From: a virus
Lineage: Duplodnaviria > Caudoviricetes
IMG/VR virus record: IMGVR_UViG_3300011339_001202
Span: 5,099-69,098 of that record
DNA length: 64,000 bases
Strand: one strand, 5' to 3'
Part shown: piece after piece, positions 8,909 to 19,594 of the stretch
Layout: each line of letters begins with the position of its first letter
Numbering within the stretch: the stretch's first letter is position 1
Program-made: the position numbers and the translations under genes
The notes under the pieces: model-generated
Told to the model about the DNA's origin: nothing
Databases searched by the model: none
Seen by the model: the letters and a program-made list of their open reading frames with translations, nothing else

Positions 8909-11900
8909 TAAGTAGATATGCCACTGTTGATGTATCTCCTGATGCTACTGTAGTAGTATTATTTCCTCTATAAGATGTAATTGTAAAACTAACTCCATTT
9001 GTTCTTGCGGAGACTTTTACCATTCCGTATTCAGTACCTGAGTTACTATTACCAGTAAGAAATACACGAGTGTTGGTGGTTATTGAAGCATTGCTCACTG
9101 TAACAGTGCCAGCAACAAGCGTTGCTAATCCCATTCTGCAGTTTGCAGATGCACTTGCTGTTGCATCTTTAATTGCAATTCCAGAACCAACTGTAAGGAA
9201 TGACAATATACCACTTGTTGAGCTTAAAGTAGCAAGTTGTATATTGTTCCCATACCAAGAAAAAACATTAGGTGCCGCTGATGGCGCAGAAAACCAAAAG
9301 TTATTGGTATTATATCCAATGGCATAATCTGTACTTCCATTTGCAAGTCCATTTTTAATTACAATTTTAGAACCTAAACTTCGAGTTGTAGTGATGGATG
9401 GAATTGCTGCACCTCCATCATTAAAGTAAATTAGATTACTTGATGTGGAATTCATACTTAAATAGCCCGGAGTTGTAGTTTGTCCAAGAAATAATCCGTT
9501 TCCCTCAGCAATATTTGCTTGGAAAAAGCCCAATCTTATTGGCGAAGGAGTTGTTCCTCCGTAAAAACTAATTTTTGTATTTGCTGCTGCAGAGGATAGC
9601 CACATCTCTGCATTTGTAGATGAATATCCAATAGCATAATCTGTATTGGATACATTTCCAGATGGAGCAATAATAATTCTTGTCCCAGCATTTCCTCCTA
9701 TTTGGTTTGTTGGTACATTATTACCAACTGCTGGGAACGAAAGCAAATTGCGTGTTGTTCCTCCCATTGCAAGGGTTGCAGAAGCATATGTCGCATTACC
9801 AACATTTACCTGAGCCTGAAAGGTCTTCGACCCTACAAAGGTTTGAGTGCCTTCAAGTAAGGCAACAATTCCTGCTATATTTGGAAATTGAACAATTTTA
9901 TTGCTTACTGTTGCAAGTGTCTCAATTTGCGTATAAGTGTTTTCCCCGGAATTCTCTATTCTTAAATTACCCGATTGAGCAAACCTATTAATAAAAACAG
10001 TGTTTTGGAAAGTCTGTGCAGTTGTAAATATTTGAGTAGAAGCGGAATTTGTTAAAGCTACCGTTCCCGATGAATTAGGAAATGTAACAGTTTTGTTGCT
10101 TGTTCCTGCTTGTGTCTCAAGTGTTGTGTATGTGTTTTCAGATGCACTCTCTATTCTAAAAACACCAGCACCACCCCCACTCCATTTATTAACACTAAGA
10201 GTAGTGTTAAAATTTTGAACAGATGTAGTAAAATTATTTTGCCCTGAAATAGTTTGCGTGGCGTTGGTTAATGCTACAACTCCTGCTAAATCAGGAAATG
10301 TTATTATTTTATTTGCTGCTGTTACATTGGTTGCTAATACCGTATATATAGTATTAGTGGCATTCCCTATTCTAATAGTTCCAGCATTAAATGTGTTTAA
10401 CCCGGTAAATATTTGAGTTCCTGCTGTGGTTACATTTCCCGTTCCGGTTGCTGTCCAAATTAAGTTACCTGAAGGGCCGTCTGTAGAAAGTACCAATCCC
10501 GCCGATGCGGCTGGTGCTTGAGGCCAATAGTAATTAATATCAACAGCACTTTGAGAAGTGCTTCCTTGAATAATTGTGCGGCCAGCATTTGATGAATTAC
10601 AAAAAATCAATTGCCCCGTTGGTGCTGCCCCTGAAACCCCCACAGTAACGGAAGAGTTGAACACTGCCGCCCCTCCGGTTAAAGAGGCTCCGGTGCTTTC
10701 TTTTATTATCTGTCCCGTTGCGCCGAACACGGCAAAGTTACCATCTATAACTGAGCCAACTGGCCCTACAACATCTCCCCCAGATGCTGCGGAGAATGCG
10801 AGGTAGTCGGCATTGCTTATAAGCCCAGCCGTTACGCTTGATGCCGAGGCAAGAGGAATGTTTAGCGTGTGTGTCGCTGTTGAACTATCCCAGTTTGGAG
10901 CGAGTCCTGATGAGCCGTTGGCAAAGAATTGCGTTTGAGCATTTAGCCCGTTCAAAGAAGTTAGACCGGACGAGAATGTTGTTATAACTTGTGCTAAGTG
11001 CGGCCCTTCTGTGTGGAGGGTGATAGTTCTGTTGCCGTCTGTATTTCCGTAAACTCTAATTACAAGTCTGTCTATAAGTGTTAATACCGTTGAAGGAACT
11101 GAAATAGATGAAACATATAAATCTATTGTACTTGTTCCAATAATTTCATTTACAGAAGTGCCTATAGAAGTATAATTAGTCCCATCATACTTTAACAGTT
11201 CAATATAAAAAAACGGATTTCCGGTAGTATTTTGAGCCGAAAAATAAAGGTTTATGTCCCACGCTCCGGCAGGGATGTTTAATAAAGATGGGTCGTTTGC
11301 ATCAGTCATAAACTGAGCCATTAACGCTGCCGTATTATCTATAGTGAAATCAGCTCCTAATCCAATTGCAGGCACTCTATTCATCTGCTCATAGCCTACC
11401 ACTGATGAGGGGACGGAGCCGTTCAAATAATAACTTACAGCCGTTCCCCCTCCTCCTGCTGTGGGAAGAAGAGCAAGCGTTCCGTCTCCACGAACATATT
11501 GAGAGGCCGTTCCTGCGCCTGTGACAGTGAATGTTCCAGATGTTGTAATGGTCGGGATACTAACACTAAAGGCAGAAGGCATTGTAAGGCCAACGCTTGT
11601 TACCCCTGTATTAGATAGCGTACCAGCGGAAAAGGAAAGCCCTGTGCCTATTGTGGCAGCGGAAATAGCCGTGCCGTCTCCTTTTAGGAGTCCCGTTACA
11701 CTTGTTGTAAGCGTAATTGCAGCAGCGACAGTGGGCGTGGCTACAGTGCCTGCAAATCCGTTTGCTGTAACAACAGAAACAGATGTCACAGTTCCGCTTC
11801 CTCCTCCACCGCCCCCTGATGGAACAGACCAGTTGCCTGTAGAATCAAGATAATAGGTGGCATCGTTTGGCCCGTTTGGAACAAGTCCGGGAAGAGATGC

Positions 11901-13805
11901 CCCAGCATCAAAGCTGTTTATTAAGGCCGTGGCCTGAGTACTTGTTAGATAAACCGGGGTGTCAGCAGAGGCAGTGTTGTTTCCTATAAAGGAAAAGGCA
12001 TCTGCATCGGCCATCTTATCAAGCGTTACCTTGCCAGCACCAATCAAAAACTCTCCGTATGGAGTTGCATCGGTGTTAACCGTGTAAGAAATATCTCCTC
12101 CAACATTGCCCCATATCAATCCCGGGTTCGGGTCTATGCCATTATTGTATGGCATGAGAAGCGATCCGGAAGCACCTACAGGAAGCCTTACTAAGTTATT
12201 GTCTCCGGTGGATGTTAATAGGTCTCCGATGTCTGTAAGGGCCGGAGGGTTAGGACTTGCAAGACCAATGATTCCATCCTCGCTTAAAGTGAAATCATTT
12301 GTAAGGGTCATCTGCTGCATAGGCCCCTGATCAGCATCAAACCTGCCAAGCAATATTGGCCTCGCAGTATTTAAAGCACTATCCGGAACATTAGCAAACT
12401 TTGCATATGTCACCGCCCCATCGGCAATTGTAAATGTGGCCGTATTGGTAGAACCAACAAGAGACCAAAGAGCAGTTAAGTCTCCGGCAACCACACTCTG
12501 AACAGCCTTCGCACTGGTATTCCCCATGTAAATAAGGGAAGTGTTGAGAGCATCGCTCATCTTGGCATCCAGAGCGGCCTGCAATCCAGTTATTTTAGAA
12601 ATTGCAAGAGCAGGAATATCCAAGGGAACTAAGGCCCTGAAACTTGGAACCTCCTCAACATTTGTAGGAGGCCCTGCAAACACATAGTTAGCAGTTGCCG
12701 AGTCCCAAGAAAGTCCAAGCACTCCATCATCAATAACAGGAGATCCGCTCACCACAAACTCAACCGGAGCAGATAGCCCAACACTTGTTACAGTGCCTCC
12801 GCTTGTGGCGGCCTGAGTAGAGATGCTTGTAATCCTTCCGTAGCTATCGACAGTGAATGTAGGCCAATTGGTTGTGTTACCATATGTTCCTGCGCTCACG
12901 CCGCTTGTAGGCAAATCTGCTACAACAATCTGGCGAAAGCTTGGTGTGCCGCTTCCTGCATTAGGGGCGGCAAGAAATGTCTTAGCCGCTTGGCTTTGAA
13001 GAGTTACATTGATTGTGCCTCCTGCCCCTGTTAGTGGGCTATTGGCTACGGAAAATATTGTAGGAGCAATTGTTAGCCCTACAGAGTTTATTGTTCCTGT
13101 AGAGCTTGCAACGCTATTCACTTGCGCCTGAAGCTTGCCAATGGCCCCTACAAGGCTATCAGTATTTAATACAGCAGCATTAGAGCCAAGCGTGTAGCTT
13201 GTAAGTATAGAGGACTGGGAAAGATATCTCCCATCAAATAATGTATCGGCTGCGCTGATTCCTAACCCGGCAAGCGTTGTAGGCTTGTTTGTTAAATTAG
13301 TCCAGCTAACAAAACGCATTCCGCCATCCCATCCAAAGAACTGGCCCGTGGATCCGGCCGGAATTACATCCTGCTTTAAATTAAAAGCATCAAAAAGCGG
13401 AGAGTTATCGTCAACAGCCCCTGTAAGATTTGCAAATGTGATATCCGAGATGCTGGCCTTGTTAAGGACGCTCAAATATTGAGCATATGTTAAGTGCCAA
13501 TAGTCTCCGCTATTCAATCCAGACAAATCGTTATGCAGCCCCACATATGTTTGTGTAGGCGTGAACGAAAATGCAACTGGATAATATGGAGGAACTGGAA
13601 TGTCCAGCAACTCGCCTCTATTAATTAGAGCCGTGAGTGCGTTAAGCCTAACCTCTTGGGAAAGACTTTCATCGTTTGCCGTAGTTCTTAAAGACGAGAG
13701 AAGGGAGGCCGTTTCAAAGTCTCCCCTCAATGCTAAATCCTTTATTACTACAGCCGACTTAGCATTCCATTCGTTAAGTCCGTCAAGAAATGTTCCTGTT
13801 GCCAT
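8892..13805 (-). CDS. long tail fibre / receptor-binding protein (1637 aa)
   Basis: Gly/Thr/Ser-rich; repeated GTVTSVGL motifs; C-terminal tandem repeat modules. Confidence 0.8.
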   Translation of the reverse strand: MATGTFLDGLNEWNAKSAVVIKDLALRGDFETASLLSSLRTTANDESLSQEVRLNALTALINRGELLDIPVPPYYPVAFSFTPTQTYVGLHNDLSGLNSGDYWHLTYAQYLSVLNKASISDITFANLTGAVDDNSPLFDAFNLKQDVIPAGSTGQFFGWDGGMRFVSWTNLTNKPTTLAGLGISAADTLFDGRYLSQSSILTSYTLGSNAAVLNTDSLVGAIGKLQAQVNSVASSTGTINSVGLTIAPTIFSVANSPLTGAGGTINVTLQSQAAKTFLAAPNAGSGTPSFRQIVVADLPTSGVSAGTYGNTTNWPTFTVDSYGRITSISTQAATSGGTVTSVGLSAPVEFVVSGSPVIDDGVLGLSWDSATANYVFAGPPTNVEEVPSFRALVPLDIPALAISKITGLQAALDAKMSDALNTSLIYMGNTSAKAVQSVVAGDLTALWSLVGSTNTATFTIADGAVTYAKFANVPDSALNTARPILLGRFDADQGPMQQMTLTNDFTLSEDGIIGLASPNPPALTDIGDLLTSTGDNNLVRLPVGASGSLLMPYNNGIDPNPGLIWGNVGGDISYTVNTDATPYGEFLIGAGKVTLDKMADADAFSFIGNNTASADTPVYLTSTQATALINSFDAGASLPGLVPNGPNDATYYLDSTGNWSVPSGGGGGGSGTVTSVSVVTANGFAGTVATPTVAAAITLTTSVTGLLKGDGTAISAATIGTGLSFSAGTLSNTGVTSVGLTMPSAFSVSIPTITTSGTFTVTGAGTASQYVRGDGTLALLPTAGGGGTAVSYYLNGSVPSSVVGYEQMNRVPAIGLGADFTIDNTAALMAQFMTDANDPSLLNIPAGAWDINLYFSAQNTTGNPFFYIELLKYDGTNYTSIGTSVNEIIGTSTIDLYVSSISVPSTVLTLIDRLVIRVYGNTDGNRTITLHTEGPHLAQVITTFSSGLTSLNGLNAQTQFFANGSSGLAPNWDSSTATHTLNIPLASASSVTAGLISNADYLAFSAASGGDVVGPVGSVIDGNFAVFGATGQIIKESTGASLTGGAAVFNSSVTVGVSGAAPTGQLIFCNSSNAGRTIIQGSTSQSAVDINYYWPQAPAASAGLVLSTDGPSGNLIWTATGTGNVTTAGTQIFTGLNTFNAGTIRIGNATNTIYTVLATNVTAANKIITFPDLAGVVALTNATQTISGQNNFTTSVQNFNTTLSVNKWSGGGAGVFRIESASENTYTTLETQAGTSNKTVTFPNSSGTVALTNSASTQIFTTAQTFQNTVFINRFAQSGNLRIENSGENTYTQIETLATVSNKIVQFPNIAGIVALLEGTQTFVGSKTFQAQVNVGNATYASATLAMGGTTRNLLSFPAVGNNVPTNQIGGNAGTRIIIAPSGNVSNTDYAIGYSSTNAEMWLSSAAANTKISFYGGTTPSPIRLGFFQANIAEGNGLFLGQTTTPGYLSMNSTSSNLIYFNDGGAAIPSITTTRSLGSKIVIKNGLANGSTDYAIGYNTNNFWFSAPSAAPNVFSWYGNNIQLATLSSTSGILSFLTVGSGIAIKDATASASANCRMGLATLVAGTVTVSNASITTNTRVFLTGNSNSGTEYGMVKVSARTNGVSFTITSYRGNNTTTVASGDTSTVAYLLIEPIA

Positions 13806-14693
13806 TTAACAATTACAGTTACAACCTAATTTATTACACTCTTGTCTAATCTCATCAATAAGGGCCATACCTTGTATATAAGCCTCATCTGTACCAACCT
13901 CAAAGGCACTTAGAGCGCCAATGTATTTACTATATAATGAAAGATATCCCTCGTCACAATCTCCGCATATAACGCTCTCAACAAAGGCAAAGCGGCTCTT
14001 GTTAATGCAGTTTATAATTTCTGGATCAATTATGATTCCTCCTGCGGTTGCGTACCAGCTAATGTCTTGGCTTGCGTATTCAAAAATAGAATCACCCTTT
14101 CCCTCGATGTCTTCAAAGATTTTATCGGTGGGGCTGGCAATCAAGAACATTTGATAAACCCCTGTCTGGTCAATAGGTAAAACATATTCCCATTCCACAG
14201 CCGTTGGATCAACGGGGGTGGGGAATATGGTGTGTGGAACATTTGTATCAGTCCACACCCTGTATGCCAGCCAAAGCTTTACCTCAGACCTCTTAGCCCT
14301 ATTAGGATCAATTATTGGATTGTCCTCTGGGTTATATCCTCCCGGATTTGTATCCTCGTTATACTCCCCTGTGTTATCCGCAACAGTGATTGTAGAATTG
14401 TCCGAGGCAAGATCAAATGTTCCCCAATTTAATTTGAGCAACTTGCTTGTATCGTCCGAAAGAACTGTAGCAAATACACGAGTTATGCCAGAGGTGACAA
14501 GGAATGGGTTTTGCTGAATAACATTTGCAAATGAGTAGGCTATTCCAGATGTCTCGATGAATGCCCTATCAGCAATAGTTGTGGGAAATACAGTGCTAAC
14601 GCCACTTGTTTCAAAAAAAGTATTTGATGAAACTACGCTGGGGAATACTTGTTTTACCCCTGCCGATGTAGCGAATGCAATTGTATATCCCAC
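13806..14693 (-). CDS. virion structural protein (GTG start)
   Basis: in the structural block; N-terminal FxTSG repeats; Cys-rich C-terminus. Confidence 0.5.
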   Translation of the reverse strand: MGYTIAFATSAGVKQVFPSVVSSNTFFETSGVSTVFPTTIADRAFIETSGIAYSFANVIQQNPFLVTSGITRVFATVLSDDTSKLLKLNWGTFDLASDNSTITVADNTGEYNEDTNPGGYNPEDNPIIDPNRAKRSEVKLWLAYRVWTDTNVPHTIFPTPVDPTAVEWEYVLPIDQTGVYQMFLIASPTDKIFEDIEGKGDSIFEYASQDISWYATAGGIIIDPEIINCINKSRFAFVESVICGDCDEGYLSLYSKYIGALSAFEVGTDEAYIQGMALIDEIRQECNKLGCNCNC

Positions 14694-14704
14694 AGCTAAA
14701 ATAT

Positions 14705-15562
14705 TTAATTAGTTGCTCCTACATTAAAAGCGGAGGCCGGATTGACAGAATACCCAGCATCAAGCAATGTTGCGTTTGCTGTATTTGCTGTCACCGTAAT
14801 CACTTGATCCATGAATTCGTTTGTTGTAAAACGATACATAGTAGATTGAAGCAGGGCACTTGATGTAGTGTCGCTTGGAATAATTGTAGCAAGCAGCCAA
14901 ATGTATTGAGGAAACTGATCCCAGTTTGCAAAAAATGTAAGGCCGTTATTGTTACTTAAAAAGTTATTAACAGTTTGAACCCTAAAATTTACGCCCACTA
15001 TTGGACTTGCAAAGCTAACAGGAGTACCAACTTGGCTATACCTTTCTATCTTGCTTTGATTAGTTCTAATCGTGCTGTATTCTCTTTGAGTTGGATTGGT
15101 TCTCCAAGTCTGGAAATTAGGCATTAAGATAGAACCAGTGGTGGTGGAAGTTTTGCTTGTCTTTACACGAATGTAAAACTGCTCATTGCCCGTAACAAGA
15201 CTATAGGAAACACCAAGCTCCCTATTAGTCATATCGCCTCCAGTGCCAAGGATGGTTCCAATAAGGTTGATTGTAGAAGTGCTGATTGATGCAATCTGGC
15301 CAATCAAAACTGGATTTGCACTTGCATCCCAGTAAAATAAATATTGACCTGCCTCAAATGTACCAACAACGGTGGCATTGGCAACAACAACAGTTCCGGA
15401 TGGAGTTCCAGAAACGGTAAAGCCAGAATGAGTAGGGGCCTCTATAACTTCTGTAATAGAAGCTCCATTGCCGTTGCCATCGTTACTACTTGCAAGGGCA
15501 GTATTATTGGCATTAACTCTGGCATATTTTATCTCTGCTAAATAATTTGTAGTAGCTGGCAT
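14705..15562 (-). CDS. virion structural protein, paralogue B
   Basis: shares AGxYL..D..G/A.P.LIGQIASI, PNF..WR, RYS, PxYIW, QSTM with 15572..16393. Confidence 0.6.
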   Translation of the reverse strand: MPATTNYLAEIKYARVNANNTALASSNDGNGNGASITEVIEAPTHSGFTVSGTPSGTVVVANATVVGTFEAGQYLFYWDASANPVLIGQIASISTSTINLIGTILGTGGDMTNRELGVSYSLVTGNEQFYIRVKTSKTSTTTGSILMPNFQTWRTNPTQREYSTIRTNQSKIERYSQVGTPVSFASPIVGVNFRVQTVNNFLSNNNGLTFFANWDQFPQYIWLLATIIPSDTTSSALLQSTMYRFTTNEFMDQVITVTANTANATLLDAGYSVNPASAFNVGATN

Positions 15563-15571
15563 TTTTTTAAA

Positions 15572-16393
15572 TTAAAGAAGTGTATACCCTGCATTTACCA
15601 ATGTCTGTCTGCTAAAATTAATAGTGGCAACCAAACTTTGATTAAATACTGTTTTTGTGAAAAGATAAAACATGGTACTCTGAGCCAGCTCAATGCCATT
15701 ATCTCCATAAGGATTAATCTCAATCCAGATGTAATTTGGAAGCTCTCCTAAAGACCAGAATGTGTCCTTGTTAGAAGAGATTTTAAACTGATTTAAAGTA
15801 CGAAATGTAAATGGAATATTGTTTTCGGTTGTCGGAGTAGAATCTACAGAGATGATATCTCCCGGATTACTATACCTAACCAAATTACTCGAGCTCGGGT
15901 TGTTCAAACCATTAAGCCCTTGAGTATTATTTGGAAGCCTCCACTCATTGAAGTTTGGAATCAAGGCTTGTGTAACAACTCCATTTGAATTCCTTGATGT
16001 TACTGACACCGGAATGCGAGCATATATGGATTCAGTGCCCCTTACAATTGTTCTGCTACTACCAGCATGCTTATTTGTTCTTTCAAACAAGGCGGTCTCC
16101 GTAAGAGTAAGTGTGGAGTTGTCTCCAATGCTTGCGATTTGTCCAATTAATTCTGGAGAACCATTGGCATCGTAATCATATAAATAATCCCCGGCCAGTA
16201 ATTGACTGAGGAATGTAGTATCAGTACCAGTTACCGAAGTAGATTCTGTTGTTGTAATCTTTCCTGTGATTAAGGAAACCGGATTAATAACATCCTCTAA
16301 TACGGATTCACTCGTGCCTCCGTTGTTTGTAATTGCAATTGCACGATTAGCATCAGTTATTCGGCAATAAGTAATCTGTGGAACAATAAGCAT
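15572..16393 (-). CDS. virion structural protein, paralogue A
   Basis: tandem paralogue of 14705..15562. Confidence 0.6.
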   Translation of the reverse strand: MLIVPQITYCRITDANRAIAITNNGGTSESVLEDVINPVSLITGKITTTESTSVTGTDTTFLSQLLAGDYLYDYDANGSPELIGQIASIGDNSTLTLTETALFERTNKHAGSSRTIVRGTESIYARIPVSVTSRNSNGVVTQALIPNFNEWRLPNNTQGLNGLNNPSSSNLVRYSNPGDIISVDSTPTTENNIPFTFRTLNQFKISSNKDTFWSLGELPNYIWIEINPYGDNGIELAQSTMFYLFTKTVFNQSLVATINFSRQTLVNAGYTLL

Positions 16394-16400
16394 GGTGAAG

Positions 16401-16408
16401 CAAATTTA
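16401..16408 (-). promoter_or_regulatory. Bacteroidota -7 promoter box TAAATTTG
   Basis: exact TAnnTTTG 7 nt before ATG 16393. Confidence 0.45.
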
Positions 16409-16419
16409 AGAATTATATA

Positions 16420-16617
16420 CTAATAATTTTGATAAGTGTATGTGAGCAAATTGTCAGCAGTAACTGTATCATTTATAGCAGCACTCTGTCTGAAAGAAAC
16501 TTCTTGATAAAAGGCCAAAAGAATTTGAGTTTTCAAGGAGAAAGCAACGCAGCCCCTTTCAATATCGTCCGAAAGAGAATTCAAATATTTCTGGTAAAGA
16601 CTTGATATAGAATCCAT
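16420..16617 (-). CDS. hypothetical protein
   Basis: 65 aa ORF in the operon. Confidence 0.45.
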   Translation of the reverse strand: MDSISSLYQKYLNSLSDDIERGCVAFSLKTQILLAFYQEVSFRQSAAINDTVTADNLLTYTYQNY

Positions 16618-16618
16618 T

Positions 16619-17008
16619 TTAAATCGATTTTAAAACTTGCTCCTTGGAAACTATATTCTTTATCTTTTCTTTCAACCAATCCAGCGTTTCCTTGGTTTCG
16701 GCGTACAAATTACGCAAATTTTCTGAACACTCTTGTAGTGAATTTTCTATAACTGCATAGTTATCAATCATTTTGTTAACCAATTGTATAGTAACTTGCT
16801 GATCTGGAACTATTATCACATCAATAAAAAACTCCTCAAGGTCATTTCTCACAAGAAAATCATAGCCCTCCTCGCTGCATATTATAATCATTGGGCCAAA
16901 ATTCTCCATATGTAAATGGGCCAAGGCAATCATTTCAAATAACTTATCGAATGGTATCTCGCTCCCAGAGAACCATTGGCATCCGCATTTATTATATTGT
17001 TCTTGCAT
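16619..17008 (-). CDS. hypothetical protein
   Basis: probable start MQEQYNKC at 17008. Confidence 0.45.
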   Translation of the reverse strand: MQEQYNKCGCQWFSGSEIPFDKLFEMIALAHLHMENFGPMIIICSEEGYDFLVRNDLEEFFIDVIIVPDQQVTIQLVNKMIDNYAVIENSLQECSENLRNLYAETKETLDWLKEKIKNIVSKEQVLKSI

Positions 17009-17087
17009 AATGAGATACAAGATTATAAAAAAACAAAACCCCATGCAATACACGGGGCTTGTTCCTAATGGTCAAACAAAACACATT

Positions 17088-18044
17088 CTAATCTTCTACG
17101 CTCGAAGAACTTTTTGGTTTCTTCGGATTGGGGGTTTTGCGAGAATCCTCACGCAACCACTCGAGGATATCCTGCTTCCATTCCGGATTGCTCTTGAAGA
17201 GCCCGTAAATTTCAACAGCCTTCTCCTCTGAATTACCACGGATCGGAGTTGTAAACGAGCCAAGCAAATGGTTGTCGTTACGCTTCAGATTGGTTTCACT
17301 TAGAATCAGCTTTCCGGTATTGATGGCATCGACAATTAAATCGATGTCCTCTATTTCACTCAGGTTGCGGAACATTTTCTCTACAAAAGAATATCCAACA
17401 TCAGAAGTTAACAAACCAGCAATATACCCACGAACTGACTTAGGCGAATTATGTGTCGGCTTGTTAAGCAATGCCCTATTATATTCCATTGATTGGGCAA
17501 GTCTCTTTAACTGAGCATCGCTTACATTAAGCACAGCATTTTGAATAGCCGTTCTCCATGTAATTTTCTTCATGCTATTGTCGGCAGTCTCTTCAGGATC
17601 GTCCATGTAGAATTTCCAATTTTTGCTGCCGTCTTTTTTCATTTCTGGATGAAGTTGAATAGCGTAAAAATCTTCAACATCTGAAGGATTATCTCCATTA
17701 AAAATCATTTCACCTTCCTCAAAAAACCTGTCTCTCCAGATTGGAGTGTTGTCAACAGAGTTATAACCCTGCATGAACCCAACTTGAATAATTTTCCCTC
17801 CATCATTTACATTCCAAGGAGAGGGAATCCATCTTGTTGCAACACGCTTCGATACCATGTTAACTCTTCCTGCAATTGGAGCAGTGCTGTCCATGCTGGC
17901 GAATTGAGTTTCCTTTACGCTACCCCAAAGAGTTGGGTTAAGAACTATCTTTACAACCTCTCCGGGCTCGAGCGGCCTAAGCTTAGACTTTAGATTGTCT
18001 GAATAATTGTTGTACTCTCGTACAAGGATTTGTGCACCTATCAT
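17088..18044 (-). CDS. hypothetical protein downstream of the capsid gene
   Basis: 318 aa ORF. Confidence 0.55.
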   Translation of the reverse strand: MIGAQILVREYNNYSDNLKSKLRPLEPGEVVKIVLNPTLWGSVKETQFASMDSTAPIAGRVNMVSKRVATRWIPSPWNVNDGGKIIQVGFMQGYNSVDNTPIWRDRFFEEGEMIFNGDNPSDVEDFYAIQLHPEMKKDGSKNWKFYMDDPEETADNSMKKITWRTAIQNAVLNVSDAQLKRLAQSMEYNRALLNKPTHNSPKSVRGYIAGLLTSDVGYSFVEKMFRNLSEIEDIDLIVDAINTGKLILSETNLKRNDNHLLGSFTTPIRGNSEEKAVEIYGLFKSNPEWKQDILEWLREDSRKTPNPKKPKSSSSVED

Positions 18045-18072
18045 ATTTATTTAATTAAGTTTCTACAAAAAT

Positions 18073-18104
18073 AAAGGGGAGCAACAAATATGCCACTCCC
18101 CTTT
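18073..18104 (-). terminator. intrinsic terminator after the major capsid gene
   Basis: AAAGGGGAG...CTCCCCTTT inverted repeat followed by a T-rich tail on the - strand. Confidence 0.65.
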
Positions 18105-18125
18105 GGAAAAAAGTTTCGGACTAAA

Positions 18126-19559
18126 TTACCCGATGGCAACAGTTCCTCCGAAGAAACACTTGTAAGCAAGCATTACTTGTACGGCGAAATCCTGACGCAT
18201 TGTCACCTTGTAGTTCTCTTTGCCGAGCTCAGCACCAGCCTGATTGTACACACGCTTCATGACCTTAGGGCCACCAACGGTTACAGGAGCTTCGAGCTGA
18301 AGGATACGGAACATTGGAGCCTCTACAGACTGAGTGCGAGAAGACAGGCCAGACTGAACCTTAACCTTAGTATCAGGAACAACCATGAAACAGTTAGCAT
18401 AGTAATTGTTCTGAAGGCTTGATCCACCATTATTCGGATTGAAAATCTTTGGATGGTTCAACTCGTTAAGCTTCTTCATAGTGTAAGTAGCTTCAGAAGA
18501 GGCGAACTCAGCGAAACCAACACCAAGACGAGCACTCTCATCGGCCTGCTGGAAGTAACGGATACCGTAAGCAAACTTAGTAGAGAAGTTGTTCTGAATG
18601 GTATCAAATACCTTAGCACCCAACCACAAGTCACGCTTAGTACCAGCTCCACGGTTACGAAGCTGATCGTTGATTGTGATGAAGTCATTCCACTGAAGAG
18701 CTCCCGGAGCATAGTCAGCAGTAAGACCAAAAGTCTGGATGGTTTTGAAGATACCCATAGTAGTAGTCATGCTATTACCATCAGCATCAATAAGAGTTTC
18801 GCCAGTTCCCGTAAGAACAGATGCCATCTTCTTCAAATCATCCTGCACATAGGCATCGAGAAGAACTCGAGGAGCGATGATGCTCTGGCCATTTGCAAGA
18901 GTGAATTCAAAAGTTTGGTTGTAAGCGTTAGTTGGAAGAGGGCCAGCAACGGTTTCCATAGTCTGGAATTCAACACCGAAGCGGCTCCATCCACGCATAG
19001 AGCCAGTTCCAAAATTGGAGTTGGCATCTCTTACGCTACCAAGCGGACGAAGAACATCACCAGCGGTTACATAAGTAGAGAGGGCCTTACCAGTAGTAAG
19101 AGCTACATTAATTATGTGAGTTGATGCGCCAGTATCAGACGGAAGGGTTACTGCGGTAACAACCATTTGTACGCCCGGATCATTGGTAGAAAAAATCTGA
19201 CCAACAGTGGCGTAGTTAAAATACTTTGCAGGGCTACCAATTGAAGTGGGCTCAATAATAAGAGTACCAATATTGGTTGGGCTTCCCGGAGTAACAGTTT
19301 TAACGGTTACATTGGCAACAACTGAATCTTGTTCAGCGTGATACACATTGATAGTGTCAGAGGCAACACCAAGAAGACCACCACCAGCGATCAAGTCTTC
19401 AAGAAGACCATCCTTCAGATAGTTAGCATCTGGTACACGGGACATAATCTCCCGGTGGAATTTACGGGTAAGGGCAACGGTATCTGCGAAGATACTAAAG
19501 GTTTGTTCTCCCGCCGACTGAGGGGAAATCGCACCATTGCCATAAAATTGCTGATTCAT
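18126..19559 (-). CDS. major capsid protein
   Basis: 477 aa; portal-scaffold-capsid order; own promoter box and terminator. Confidence 0.75.
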   Translation of the reverse strand: MNQQFYGNGAISPQSAGEQTFSIFADTVALTRKFHREIMSRVPDANYLKDGLLEDLIAGGGLLGVASDTINVYHAEQDSVVANVTVKTVTPGSPTNIGTLIIEPTSIGSPAKYFNYATVGQIFSTNDPGVQMVVTAVTLPSDTGASTHIINVALTTGKALSTYVTAGDVLRPLGSVRDANSNFGTGSMRGWSRFGVEFQTMETVAGPLPTNAYNQTFEFTLANGQSIIAPRVLLDAYVQDDLKKMASVLTGTGETLIDADGNSMTTTMGIFKTIQTFGLTADYAPGALQWNDFITINDQLRNRGAGTKRDLWLGAKVFDTIQNNFSTKFAYGIRYFQQADESARLGVGFAEFASSEATYTMKKLNELNHPKIFNPNNGGSSLQNNYYANCFMVVPDTKVKVQSGLSSRTQSVEAPMFRILQLEAPVTVGGPKVMKRVYNQAGAELGKENYKVTMRQDFAVQVMLAYKCFFGGTVAIG

Positions 19560-19585
19560 TTTTTAGAGTAGAAAAAATTGTAGGA

Positions 19586-19593
19586 CAAAGTTA
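19586..19593 (-). promoter_or_regulatory. Bacteroidota -7 promoter box TAACTTTG
   Basis: exact TAnnTTTG about 27 nt upstream of the capsid ATG. Confidence 0.6.
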
Positions 19594-19594
19594 A

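Noticed and set aside
8892-13805. Diversity-generating retroelement acting on the tail fibre
   Set aside because: No reverse transcriptase and no adenine-specific template/variable repeat pair was seen.
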